A stretch of 64,000 nt of DNA, from the NCBI RefSeq assembly GCF_964194025.1, contig NC_134472.1, forward strand, positions 496,001-560,000. The letters run 5' to 3'. This DNA is from Convolutriloba macropyga. Taxonomy: Eukaryota. A program made the position numbers and the translations under genes. Positions 38,830 through 49,600 of this stretch are shown one piece after another. Each line of letters opens with the position of its first letter. Position 1 is the stretch's first letter. The notes beneath the pieces were generated by a model. It saw nothing but the letters and a program-made list of their open reading frames with translations. It was not told the DNA's origin and did no database searches.

Positions 38830-40211
38830 AGGATTGGCTTTATGACACTAATTTTTTTGATAACCGGTAACAAAAATCCATCCAATCTTGTGCCGGTGCC
38901 GGAACGTTATTGTGCCTAAATTGAAGGATCTCTAAGGACAAAAAGTACATATTTGGGGTGTGCAAACAGACTGGTTATATAGGACTGGGGGGGGGGGGGC
39001 AAAAACAGAAAAGATCCCGTTTTTCTTGTTCGAGAGTTCGAATCATTTTGAATGGTTTAATTTAGGTTGGTGCTGTGATTGGTAAAAGGTAGAGACGGAA
39101 GAAAGAGGTTAATAGAAGACCAATAGAGTTAAAATGGAAGAATAAAGAAAAAAAACTATTAAGAAATAGAAAAAAATGAACGATGAACTCTAATTTGGAG
39201 AGAAAACTGATTTCTGGAGAGCAAATAGGCAAAAAGCGCTTGAAAAATCAAGTATTTAAACCTACGCGACTCTTTTTCCATATACTTTTTATCTCCTCTA
39301 AACTCAAGTTTATGCTCTGCAAATATAGACCCCCCAAAAATCTAGATTCGTTTTTGTTTTAAGCATTGTTTTTAGCAGAGTTGTGTACATTTGCATGAAA
39401 ATGTTTCTCTAAAACCCGGTCCCATTTTGTGATGTGTAAATATGTGCTCATTTGTGCCCATTCAAGTTGCTTTCACCGCTTCTTGCTGGGCCCTGAATAA
39501 CCGTCACACTATATAAACAACCCACTACAAACCGCCCTCAGCAATAGCCATGCATAAAAGGGGACATTATTTGCTCAAGCGAAGAACAAAATCGGAATGA
39601 TTTTTCAACGGGTCGTTTGGACAAACAGCCGATATTTTTTTCCTCCCCAGAAAAGGTTTTTTCTCGACCCATAACCCTTAGAACAATTCCACATTTTTTC
39701 GGAAGAGTGAATTTTCAAACGAAAAGTCGAAATGCCTCCCCCCCCCCCCCCCCCCCCCCCCCGTAGTAGTTACCACACAGCTATGTCTACTACTTGTATC
39801 AGAGGCTGAAGATATAGTAGCTGTAGATCTGAGGGTCACATTTTGGAACTGGTAAATTTTTGCGCCATACCTGTTCGTATTTTCACATTTGACACTAGCA
39901 GTGCATAAAAATGTGCAGAAAGTTTGAAGGTCAAGATTAAAGGTGAACTGAAGTTTGATTAATTTTGATGTGGACAATAGTGTATTCGTGATGAATGTAA
40001 ACTGATTCGTCTTGCCAACATTTCAGCATGTTTGTTCTCTGGTATTCGCATAAAAGTGTTCGTTCGCAAAGTTGTCATGATCTCCGTTTCCGTCTTTCTA
40101 TTTATTACCAACAATTGAAAAATTTAGTTGAATTTTATTTTCAGTAAAAATAGATACAGGCAAAAATTTTATTCTTGGAGTTTTCTTTTAATCTTATTAC
40201 GTTTCAGAAGT

Positions 40212-40571
40212 ATGACCGTTTGCCGGTTAGTCTTGGCTTCGTTTGTCGTTCTGGCTGTTTCGATTTTGGGTAGCAGCGTGGAAGCTGTACCGCTTCAATT
40301 CGAAATCGTGTCCTCCGCTCGAACTGTCGACATATCAACTCATCTCACCAAAATCACAACCAAATTGGAGTTAGAAAATGTTGGAGGAACATCTGCAAGC
40401 CACGTGTATTTGAGCACTGAACCAAGAATGGTTGAGAAGTTGTCCTTTTTGAGCGTGTCTGACGACGGACTGGACTCGGATGCTCTGGATGTGAGCCAGA
40501 TGAAAGAGGGTGCTAATGTATTCCACAAAGTCGCTCTTCCGAAAGCTTGTGCTAGCTCCGGACGAGTCAAG
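40212..40571 (+). CDS. RPN1: Ribophorin I (OST subunit 1), coding exon 1
   Basis: ATG at 40212, signal peptide MTVCRLVLASFVVLAVSILGSSVEA, then RTVDISTHLTKITTKLELEN. Donor AG|GTATCA after 40571, phase 0. Confidence 0.92.
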
Positions 40572-40923
40572 GTATCATTTTAAATGCTGTATTTGTATTT
40601 TGATCAGTTTTGAATGGTCGGATATTTGTCTTACGGCTACATTCTAGCATATCTTATCAGGAAACCATTCCTACGGTTTTCAAGACTCTGGGAAACTGAG
40701 AAATCATTATAGCTTGAGAAGAAAATAGTTCAACAATAATTATCAGATTTCTGTTACAAATTATTATAATTATAATTATCTCATATTTGGTCTGTAACAA
40801 TGAGTTAATGAAGTAAATTGTTGCTTCCTAATTTGAAGTGTTGAACTATATGGGCATTTTGAAACAGAAGGACCCAGGACCTCGTTATTTGTGGTCGCAT
40901 TAGCGAAATTAATTCTTATTTAG

Positions 40924-41234
40924 GTTGTGGTTTACGAAGTGTACCGTGGTCTGCTTGTGCCCTTCCCTAAGGAGATCAAACAGTCCGAGTCACAGCTCAT
41001 CACCACTACTCAGAACGTGCGATACTTCTCCCCTTACAAGTCCAGGGTCCAATCGACAGTGTTCAAGGTCGCCAGCACTAAAATAGTGTCGTACACTAAA
41101 CTGGAGCCAAGTCAAGTGGCTGACAAGGAGATTGAGTATGGACCGTTTGAGAACGTTCCCGCGAACAGCGTGGTCGATGTCAGTGTCCATGCTGAGAATA
41201 ACTCTCCCTTCCTCACAATTACTCAATTGACAAG
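40924..41234 (+). CDS. RPN1: Ribophorin I, coding exon 2
   Basis: Acceptor tttag at 40923. Encodes LVPFPKEIKQSESQL..YFSPY..IEYGPFENVP..VHAENNSPFLT. Donor AG|GTTATT, phase 2. Confidence 0.94.
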
Positions 41235-41585
41235 GTTATTGGTCGATATTATTGAGAGTAATAAAAAGTAATAATTAACGTATATAATTAATAATGCTGG
41301 AAATGTTGCATCCATCTATCTATATAATAATTCTAACTCGAATGCTATATCACCATGTTTTTGTGCACATGTTTTTGTGCGCATTAAGCATGCCGCATAG
41401 CAAAAAGAAACAAGCCGTAAAAGCCATTGACCGAAAATTTGCTGATGAACAAAAGGCAAGAGACACAAGCAATAAGCGTTAGCGTAAAGGATAAGAGCTG
41501 AGGTTGTTAAGCGAGGTGCATGGGTTCGAGCCCGAGTGGGCTCGGGGCAAGATGCATAAATTCGGGGATAAAAAATTGGGAGAAT

Positions 41586-42150
41586 GTTTTTCTTTTTCAG
41601 TTCTTTATTTCTTAACTTTTGTCCTCTTTTGTTCTCCTTATTCCTTTTTTCCTCTCCTTCTTTCTCTCTCTTCTTTGCTGTCGTTCGTTTCTCTCCGTCT
41701 TTTCTCTTTTTATCTCGTTTTTTAATTGTCTTTCTCTCGTTTTCTCTTCTTTCTTTTCTGTCTTTCTTTTCTCCCTTCCTATATCTCTTTCCATATGTCT
41801 TTCTGCATCTCTTTTTCTCATTCTTTTTCTCTGTCTTTCGTTCTCTTCTGTCTTTCTTTTCTCTCTTTCTTATCTGTTTTTTTTCTGTTGTTGTCTTTCT
41901 TTTTTCGCTTTGTTTTCTCTCCTCTCTCTATCTTTCTTCTATCTATCCTGTCTTCTGTTTCTCTGTCTTATCTCTTTCTTTTCTCTCTTTTTATCTCTTT
42001 TTTGTCTTCCTTTTCCGTTCTTCTTGCCTTCTTTTCTCTTTTCTCTTTTCTTTATTTTTTCTCTCATTGTTTTCTATCCTTCTTCTCTTTACTCTCTTTC
42101 TATTGTTTTTGGGCTTTCCTATCTTTCTTTTCTCTTTGTTTTCTTTTTTA
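41586..42150. repeat. Low-complexity (T/C)-rich tract in RPN1 intron 2
   Basis: The + strand is almost entirely pyrimidines, which produces spurious F/S/L-rich ORFs. Confidence 0.9.
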
Positions 42151-43024
42151 AAAGCCGCCCTCATCTTCTCAGCCGGCTATTATTGCGCTCGTATTTTTTT
42201 TTTACTTCGTCAAACTTTTTTTTGCTTTACCATTTTGCCGCTTTTTCGACATTTTGCGTGAAATCTTTTTGACTTCTCTAGGCTAGTTCCTCTCTTCTCT
42301 CATTCTGCTAAAAGTGAATTTGAACAGCAGTTGCTAAGCAAAGCAATTCAAAATGAACAGAGTCGGTATAAAAAATTGAAGTCAGAAATAGAAACGGGAT
42401 AAACCCATAAAGCCCAATTTTAGATGCCCGCTATTTGAACGTCGTTCCTATAAGTCTTAGTTACCACCTCTAATGCTTATTGGTGTTGATAGTAGCCCCT
42501 GTAGCCTCTCTCTATGAAACAGAAGTATGTTCAACTACGAAATGCCATCAAAATAATTCGGACTTAAAAAATATTTTTGTACAAAAATCTTTTTTTTTCA
42601 ATATATTCTATTCGTTCAATCCCAATCATGCTTATTGGAATCAACGGTGGCTATTTTCCGGCAATCTGCCGGGTATGTTTTTTAATTGCTCTCAAACAAA
42701 ATTTTTAGCAATTATATTATCCTGCTGGTCCTTTTATATGCGATTGTTTGACCAATTTTTCATCTGATCTATTGTAATTTTTGTCCTCAAAAGGGAGATT
42801 CACAGGTACCGCCCACCGGGCATTAAGTTCTCTTAGAACCTTTCAGCTAAGTATTCTCCAAGTACAAGATTCGCAGAAACTGTTTTGGAGTCTTATACTT
42901 ATGTTGTGAAGGGCAGTTCTTAAAAATTGAAGCCAGCGTCACCAAACCGTGGCTCGCTACTAACGAGGCCAACTGCTCGCAGGACATGTGAGAGCAGTTC
43001 GTCCGACGTTATTTGGTTATGTTT

Positions 43025-44305
43025 CTTGCATTTTATCTTTCTCTTCCTTTTCTTTTTCTTCTTATCTGACTTTCTTTTCTCTCCTCTTTCTGCATCTTTT
43101 TCTCATTCTTTTTCTCTGTCTTTCGTTCTCTTCTGTCTTTCTGTTCTGTCTTATCTCTCTTTCTTCTGTGTCTTCTGTTTTGCTTCTCGCTTTCTCTCTC
43201 TCTATCTTTTTCTCTTCTTTCTTTTCTTTTGTTTTCTCTCTCTTCTCTTTAGTTTTTCTTTGTTTTTATTTCCCATCTTTCGTTTTTCTCTTTTCTATCT
43301 TTCATTTCTCTTTCTTTCCTTTTTTCTTTTCTCTCTTTCTTCTCTGTTTCTTTTCCGTCGCTGTCTTTCTTGTTTCGCTTTCTTTTCTCTCCTCTCTCTC
43401 TCTATCTCTCTTTACCTATCTATCTCTCTATTTTTCTCTTCCTTCTTTCTCTGCTTTTTTCTTTTCTTCTTTCTTGTCTGACTTCCTTTTCTCTCCTTCC
43501 TGTCTTTCTTTTTTTCCTCTCCTTTTCTGATTCTCGTTTTTTTCTTTCTCTTTCTTTTCCTGTTTTTTTTCTCGTTTTATATTTTCTCGTTCTCTCTTTC
43601 TTTTCTCTCTTTCCTTTCTGTCTTTCTTTCTTTTGTCACTGTTTCTTTTCTCTTTCCGGCCGTCCCTTTTATTTAACTTTTTGCTCTCTCTTTTTTACCC
43701 CCTCTCTCTTTCTTCGCTTCCTGTTCTTTTTCTTTTGTGTCCTTCTTTCTTTTCTCTTTCCTGTTGTTCGTTTATCTCTTTAATTTTCCCCTTCTTTTCT
43801 CCCTTTTTTCTCGTGTTTTCTCCTTCTTTCATCTCTTTTTTTCACTTTTTTTCTTTCTTTTCTCCATTTCTTTTCGCTTTTTCTGTTTATCTGTTTTTTT
43901 CTTTCGCTCTCTCTCTCTCTCTCTCTCTCTAGGTCTATGTTTTAGGTCCATCTTTTTTGTCTTTGTTCTTTCTCAGCTTTTCCTTCTTTTTTTGTCATTT
44001 TTATCTCAGTCTCGCGTAAGCGTTGTCCTTTTTTCGCATTTCTTACTATTTTTTTCTTCATACTTTCTGATATTCATTGTTCTTCTTTTTTCTTTTTTTT
44101 CTGGTCTTTTTTAGCTCGTTTTTCTTGTTTTATCTCGCTGATTGTTTTTTGTTTGCTTTTTCTCACTTGATCCTTTACTGACTCGTTCTCTCGTTTTTTT
44201 CTCTCTCTTCTCGTTTTCTCTTTTCTTTGTTCTATTTCTTCTCGTTATCTTTCGGTGTTTATTTCTTTTTGCTGTTTCTTTCCTTTTTCTTCCTCTATCT
44301 TTTAT
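43025..44305. repeat. Second low-complexity (T/C)-rich tract in RPN1 intron 2, including a (CT)n microsatellite at ~43907-43930
   Basis: Pyrimidine-dominated + strand. It shares a ~50-nt string with the first tract (~41802 vs ~43089). Confidence 0.9.
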
Positions 44306-44890
44306 TGGTTGACGTTCATCGTTAAATGAAAGCTCTGTTTCCCCACTTATGGTGACTTATATAGCGCTAAATCGATTACTAGATTACCGATTGATGATTT
44401 GATTCCCCTGCGAACCTTTTAAACGGCTTCTCTGAAGCTCTCGCGGGCCTGCTAGTTTTTGTTGAATTACTCAAACGTTTGAAATAAACCAAAAAATTCA
44501 AATGCTCATCGATGTGGTCATTTGAATGGCGACATGTATTCCTGTGCCTCCATTTCATCTGCTCTTCTACGTTTAAATTTCTACTCACTGAATAGTGGAA
44601 CGTTCGCCTATTTCAACTTTGTGACATGCTCTACTTTTCCGTAAACCTATTCTGTAACGGAATGGTTTTGCCACTTCGATTTGCAGAAGTCTGATTCGAA
44701 CGTCAGACAAATATACCCTCGTGAATGTTAGAGGTTTGAAATAATCGTGACTAGCATTGTTTGCGCAGTATAGGATTACTATGTACAGGACGAGTGACTG
44801 ATTTTATGGTTTTTAGTTAGTGTGACGTCAGGAATCGCAATTGTTGTGTTCAAAGTTTTGAGACTGGCTATAAGTTGTAATTGTGTTTAG

Positions 44891-45842
44891 GTGGGTTGAG
44901 GTGTCACACTGGGGTGGAAATATTGCGATCGAAGAGGCAATCAAACTTCAACACTCTGGTGCCAAACTGAAGGGTTCATTCTCACGATTTGACTACATGT
45001 ACCTCAGATCATATGATGGAGTACCCTCTGTCAAATCATACAAGACCGTGTTGCCTGCTGGTGCCAAGAATGTCTACTATAGGGACGAAATTGGAAACAT
45101 TTCAACCAGCAACATGATGGAACTGCTCGACTCTGTTGAACTGGAGATCAGACCTCGCTATCCTCTCTTTGGTGGATGGGAGACCCATTACCTCCTGGGA
45201 TATAACCTTCCTAGCTTCCAATACCTCTTCAGTCGAGGTTCCAAGTATATGCTCAAAATGCGATTCGTTGACCACGTGTTTGATGATATGTCTATTGACA
45301 GAGCCGAGATCAGAATTGTGCTTCCTGAGGGCGCCTCTGATATTAAAGTCAATGTGCCCTACTCCTATGATCGCCTGGAAGACTCTCTCCATTACACCTT
45401 CCTTGACTTTTCTGGGCGACCGGTTGTAAGCTTGGGAAAGAGCAACCTGGTAGAAGATCATATCCAAGACTTCGAGTTGACATATTCGTTCAACCCGGTG
45501 TTTTTGCTACGAGAACCTCTGATGATCATAACTGGTCTCATGATTGTATTCCTGTCCGTCATCCTCTTCGTCCGACTGGACTTCTCAATCTCGATTGACA
45601 ACATGGCAGAAGCCAAGATGAGAGTTGCTGGTGCGGTTGAGCAGATCTTTGCGCTGGAGAACCGCCGCGAGGCACTCTGTCACAAGTTGGAAGAGGCAGT
45701 TGCCACTTTCAGGAAGACGAAGGATCAGGATGCGTTGAACAACACCCGAAAGGCAGTCGAGGCTGAACTGAAAGAGGTGAAGGGCCAAGTGGAGCAGGTT
45801 GGAAAGAGCGTCAAGGAGGATTCACCGGATGTCAGCGAGAAG
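44891..45842 (+). CDS. RPN1: Ribophorin I, coding exon 3
   Basis: Acceptor tttag at 44890. Encodes EVSHWGGNIAIEE, FSRFDY, YYRDEIGNISTS, PRYPLFGGW and the TM helix LREPLMIITGLMIVFLSVILFVRLDFSI. Donor AG|GTATGA, phase 0. Confidence 0.97.
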
Positions 45843-46699
45843 GTATGATATGCTTTACGGTTAGCAGATAGATCGGCGCCTTATTTTTGACAAATTACAC
45901 GCTTTGAGGTGTGGCGATCATCGCTCTACCTCGGTGCACTGTGTTGTTGGTCTACATGTTTTTCTACAATCTGACTCATGTAAACCGTAGCATATTGACA
46001 AGATTGCTTTTGATGTAATTGTATTCTTTTTCTTCACCTACGTGTGGCGTTCGATGTGCTTTTTTTTTACCAAATGAGCTAACATTAAAGTGGTTGGCAT
46101 CACGCTAATTGCTAAAATCTTACGCCAATCGTTGGCTACCAGAAATCTTTTCACGCAATTGTCTGCTTGAATAGTTTTGAGCTCAAACTAAAAAGTAATT
46201 CATGCGTGATTTAATTTGGTTTCACTTTGATTATATAAGTAAATAATCAGCTGATATATTCGTTTCACTTAAAACTTAGATTACGTTTTTTCAACTTGAA
46301 GCTATAATTTTCTTTTTGAAGCCGAGAAGCGACAACTAATTACTCTTCAGAAAGTAGAGAAAGTATTTGCCTAACTTAGATTGATTTTTCTGAAATTGGA
46401 AATATGTTGACTTTTAGGGCATAAAGAAACTATAGATAATTTATACGCGGTATCAGTAGCGATGGGTTGAACTGTTAGCCTCTATTTCTCCATTGTGTTT
46501 TTCATTCGAAACCAAACGGTATTGTCTAGTAACGTTTTGGTTGGGTGCAATGCTGAATTGAGTTTAAGTGCTCTGTGACTTTTGCTGTAGATTTTCAGCT
46601 CGTTTTCAAATTCGATTATCGTTAATCTCAGACAAATAGGCGTCGCCCCAAAACTATCAGAAGGTTTTTGATTAAATTGAGATTTATATTGCTCTGAAA

Positions 46700-49600
46700 C
46701 CAAACTTGTCGAATTTTTATTTTGTAAATCTGGTTTCCCCTTTTTTGTCTATGAATGATTCCAGGTTTTATGAATTACACTTTGAAAAATATAATTTTAG
46801 TGCAGCTTAGCTCATTAATTTGCATAACAGAGCAAACACAAACATTGCATTAAGCTTAGTGCTTGTTGTAACCGAAAAACATTTTTTTAAAATTTGTCTC
46901 AGAGTTCGCGGCAAATTTAATGCTGCGCATAAGTAAATAATTCCTTACGATCCGTGAACGCATAAGACATCGTTCAAACTGTCATACTTATCTTTTGATA
47001 TCCGTTTCAAATTTGAGAGCAGATGGTCCAAGTAAGCTCTCTGGTTTACGAACCTTGTGGAAGATTGACGTGGATCAACCTTATCAACAATTGATTGGGT
47101 CGTTAATACACCAATCTCCATTAATCCACCAGATAATTTTCTCCTTGTTCCTTTATGCCTTCCAAACTAGTGCAATGCTTCCCAACTGGTATTATTTGCA
47201 TTGTTGGGTGAGTTCCTCGGTGTAGCCTCTGAACTATTAGGTTGTAGAGTTTTCTGGCACTAATATCAGCAAAATGGTTTCCGGTAACATTGTTGAACGT
47301 AGAGAGGAAACTAAACGTCCTGCTCTTACTGTTTTTTGAATTGACAGTAGTCAGGTCCGTCGTTAGCTGCATCTTTCAGTTGAGATCAATGAAAACATGC
47401 AAAATTAACCTTTTGATGCCTGCTGTTCAGGTAAATTTTATCGAAGAGACTTCTGCAGATGCATAGTTGTTGATGTTTTACATAATTTTTGGTTGATGAC
47501 TAGAATAATGAGGGTAAAGTTCAGGTGCCGGTAATACCACGGCCCGTTTCAGAGCTTTGATTGACTATAATTTCGTTTTGCAAGAATTCAAACACTACTA
47601 TGAGATCATCACTTTGTAGAAACATTCTTCCGCTGAGTCAACGCTGAGTATTGAATGATACAGAAACTACTGAACTAGGTTACGGCTGGGATAGCAGCTT
47701 GCGCCGCTGATTGATAACTGTTCTAAAGCAGCGTGCATTTTCTTAGCTTGTCAAGGTGCACTGAATGTTTTGACCGATACAAGGCAGGCTTGCAGATCTT
47801 GAAAAAGTCTCGTATTTCACGGCATTTTGTTTTGCTTTTTCACAGCCCATCCTAACATTAATGAGCTTATTGATTTATTCCATTAGCTCATTTGGAGCGG
47901 CTATTTTGTGATAGCCGTTGTATGTTTACGAGGAACTAACCTTATGACTCGAGCTGGCCTTTTTCAGGAAAATATTTTTATTTGTTGACCTCATACATGC
48001 ACCTTTTTTTTCAAGAATCGCGTCCACAATTTTTTTGAGGGCAGATGGCCGAAAGAAGTTCTTCCACTTTCCAAACTTTGCAGAAGATGGCACTGGATGA
48101 ACGATACCATCAGTGGAGAAAATCTCTGTTGAACCTTTTTTAATTGATCCACCTTTTAATTCACTTGTTGGTCTTCCCATTGTTGCTCATGGTCTTGTGT
48201 ATTAGTTCTCTGCTTAGAACTTTCTTCAGATCTCATTGCTGCAATGTAAAAGAGTTCCAATGTTGACTCGGTTGACCAGCTCCTTTGAAATTTTATCAAA
48301 GTTTTTAGAAACCGGTTATTCGTTTTTGGAGACAGTTTTGCAATTTCGCGGAATTGCTATGACTTTCGAAAGGTGACGTAAGATTTTCATTATGCGTCTC
48401 TTTTGTAGACACATTTTCCTGCTCTGCACAATTGAGAGCCTCTACATTTGGTTTGCTGTTCTTTACTTTCCAGGGTCTATGAATTACACTATGGAGAAAA
48501 TAATTTTAGCGCAGCGTAGCTCATTAATCTGGAGAACAGAGCAAACACAAACATTGCATACAGCTTATTGCTTGTTGCAACCGAAAGTTCATGGCAAATT
48601 TAATGTTTTGCGTAACTAAACAATTCCTTACGAGCCGTGAACGCAAAAGACAGATCGTTCAAACTGTCATACTTATCTTTTGATATCCGTTTCGACTTTT
48701 TGAGAGCAGATGGTCCAAGGAAGATCTCATTTTACTACTAACCTTGAGGAAGATGAACGTGGATCAACCTTATCAACGTGCTGAACTAATTGTCCTTTAG
48801 TGTTTTTGAGATTGACGGGGGTGAGGACCGTCGCTGGCTTCATCCTTGAGTCAGACCAAAGAAAACATGCAAAATTAAACTTTTGATGCTTGCTATTCAG
48901 GTAAATTTTATCGAACTTCTGCAGATACATAGCTGATGTTTTACATAATTTTTGTTTGGTGACTACAATAAGGAGAGTTAAATTTGAGGTGCCGGTAATA
49001 CCACGGCACGTTTCAGAGCATTGGGTGACTATTATTTCATTTTGCAAGAATTCAAAGCACTCTGCTGTGAGATCATCACTTTGTAGAAACCAACCTTCTT
49101 CCGCCGGGTCAACCTTCTTCCGCCGAGTATTGAATGATACATAATTTACTGAACTTGGTCACGACTGAAATAGCAGCTTGCGCAGTTGATTGATAACTGT
49201 TCTAAAGCAGCTTGCGTTTTTTTAGCATGTCAAGATCCACTTCATTTTTTGGCTGATACAGTCAGGCTTGCAGATCTTGACAATGTCTCGTAATTCACGG
49301 CATAGTTTCGCTTCTTTTTTATAGCCCATCTTAACATTAATGAGCTCCTCGATTTGTTCCATTAGCTCAGTGGAAGCAGCTGTTTTGTGATAACCGTTGC
49401 TTTCGTTTACGAGGAACTAACCTTGTGACGCGAGCTGACATTTTTTCGTTTGTGGACCTCATACATTCACCTTCTTTCAAGAATCTCGTCAAATTTTTGA
49501 GGGCAGATGGTCGAAGGAAGTTCTTTCACTGTCCAAACCCTGAAGAAAATGGCTCTGGATCAACGATATGAACAGTGGAAAACATATTACACCAATGTTC

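Larger units (their letters stand above)
33101..39794 (+). mobile_element. Polinton/Maverick (adintovirus-like) element, 6,694 bp, non-autonomous, with TIRs and 6-bp TSD
   Basis: Left end agttttcgacatagctgtgtagtaactactacggggg (33101-33137) is the inverse of right end cccccgtagtagttaccacacagctatgtctactact (39758-39794). TGTATC is duplicated at 33095-33100 and 39795-39800. Internal capsid-module remnants are present. Confidence 0.9.

Noticed and set aside
39678-39977. 99-aa minus-strand ORF with poly-Gly
   Set aside because: It spans the poly(C) tract and the Polinton terminus and TSD; this is a compositional artefact.
41504-44114. Many overlapping F/S/L-rich ORFs resembling membrane proteins
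   Set aside because: These are artefacts of pyrimidine tracts that lack stop codons, and they lie within RPN1 intron 2.
45102-45788. Antisense and alternate-frame ORFs over RPN1 exon 3
   Set aside because: They are shadows of the real coding exon.
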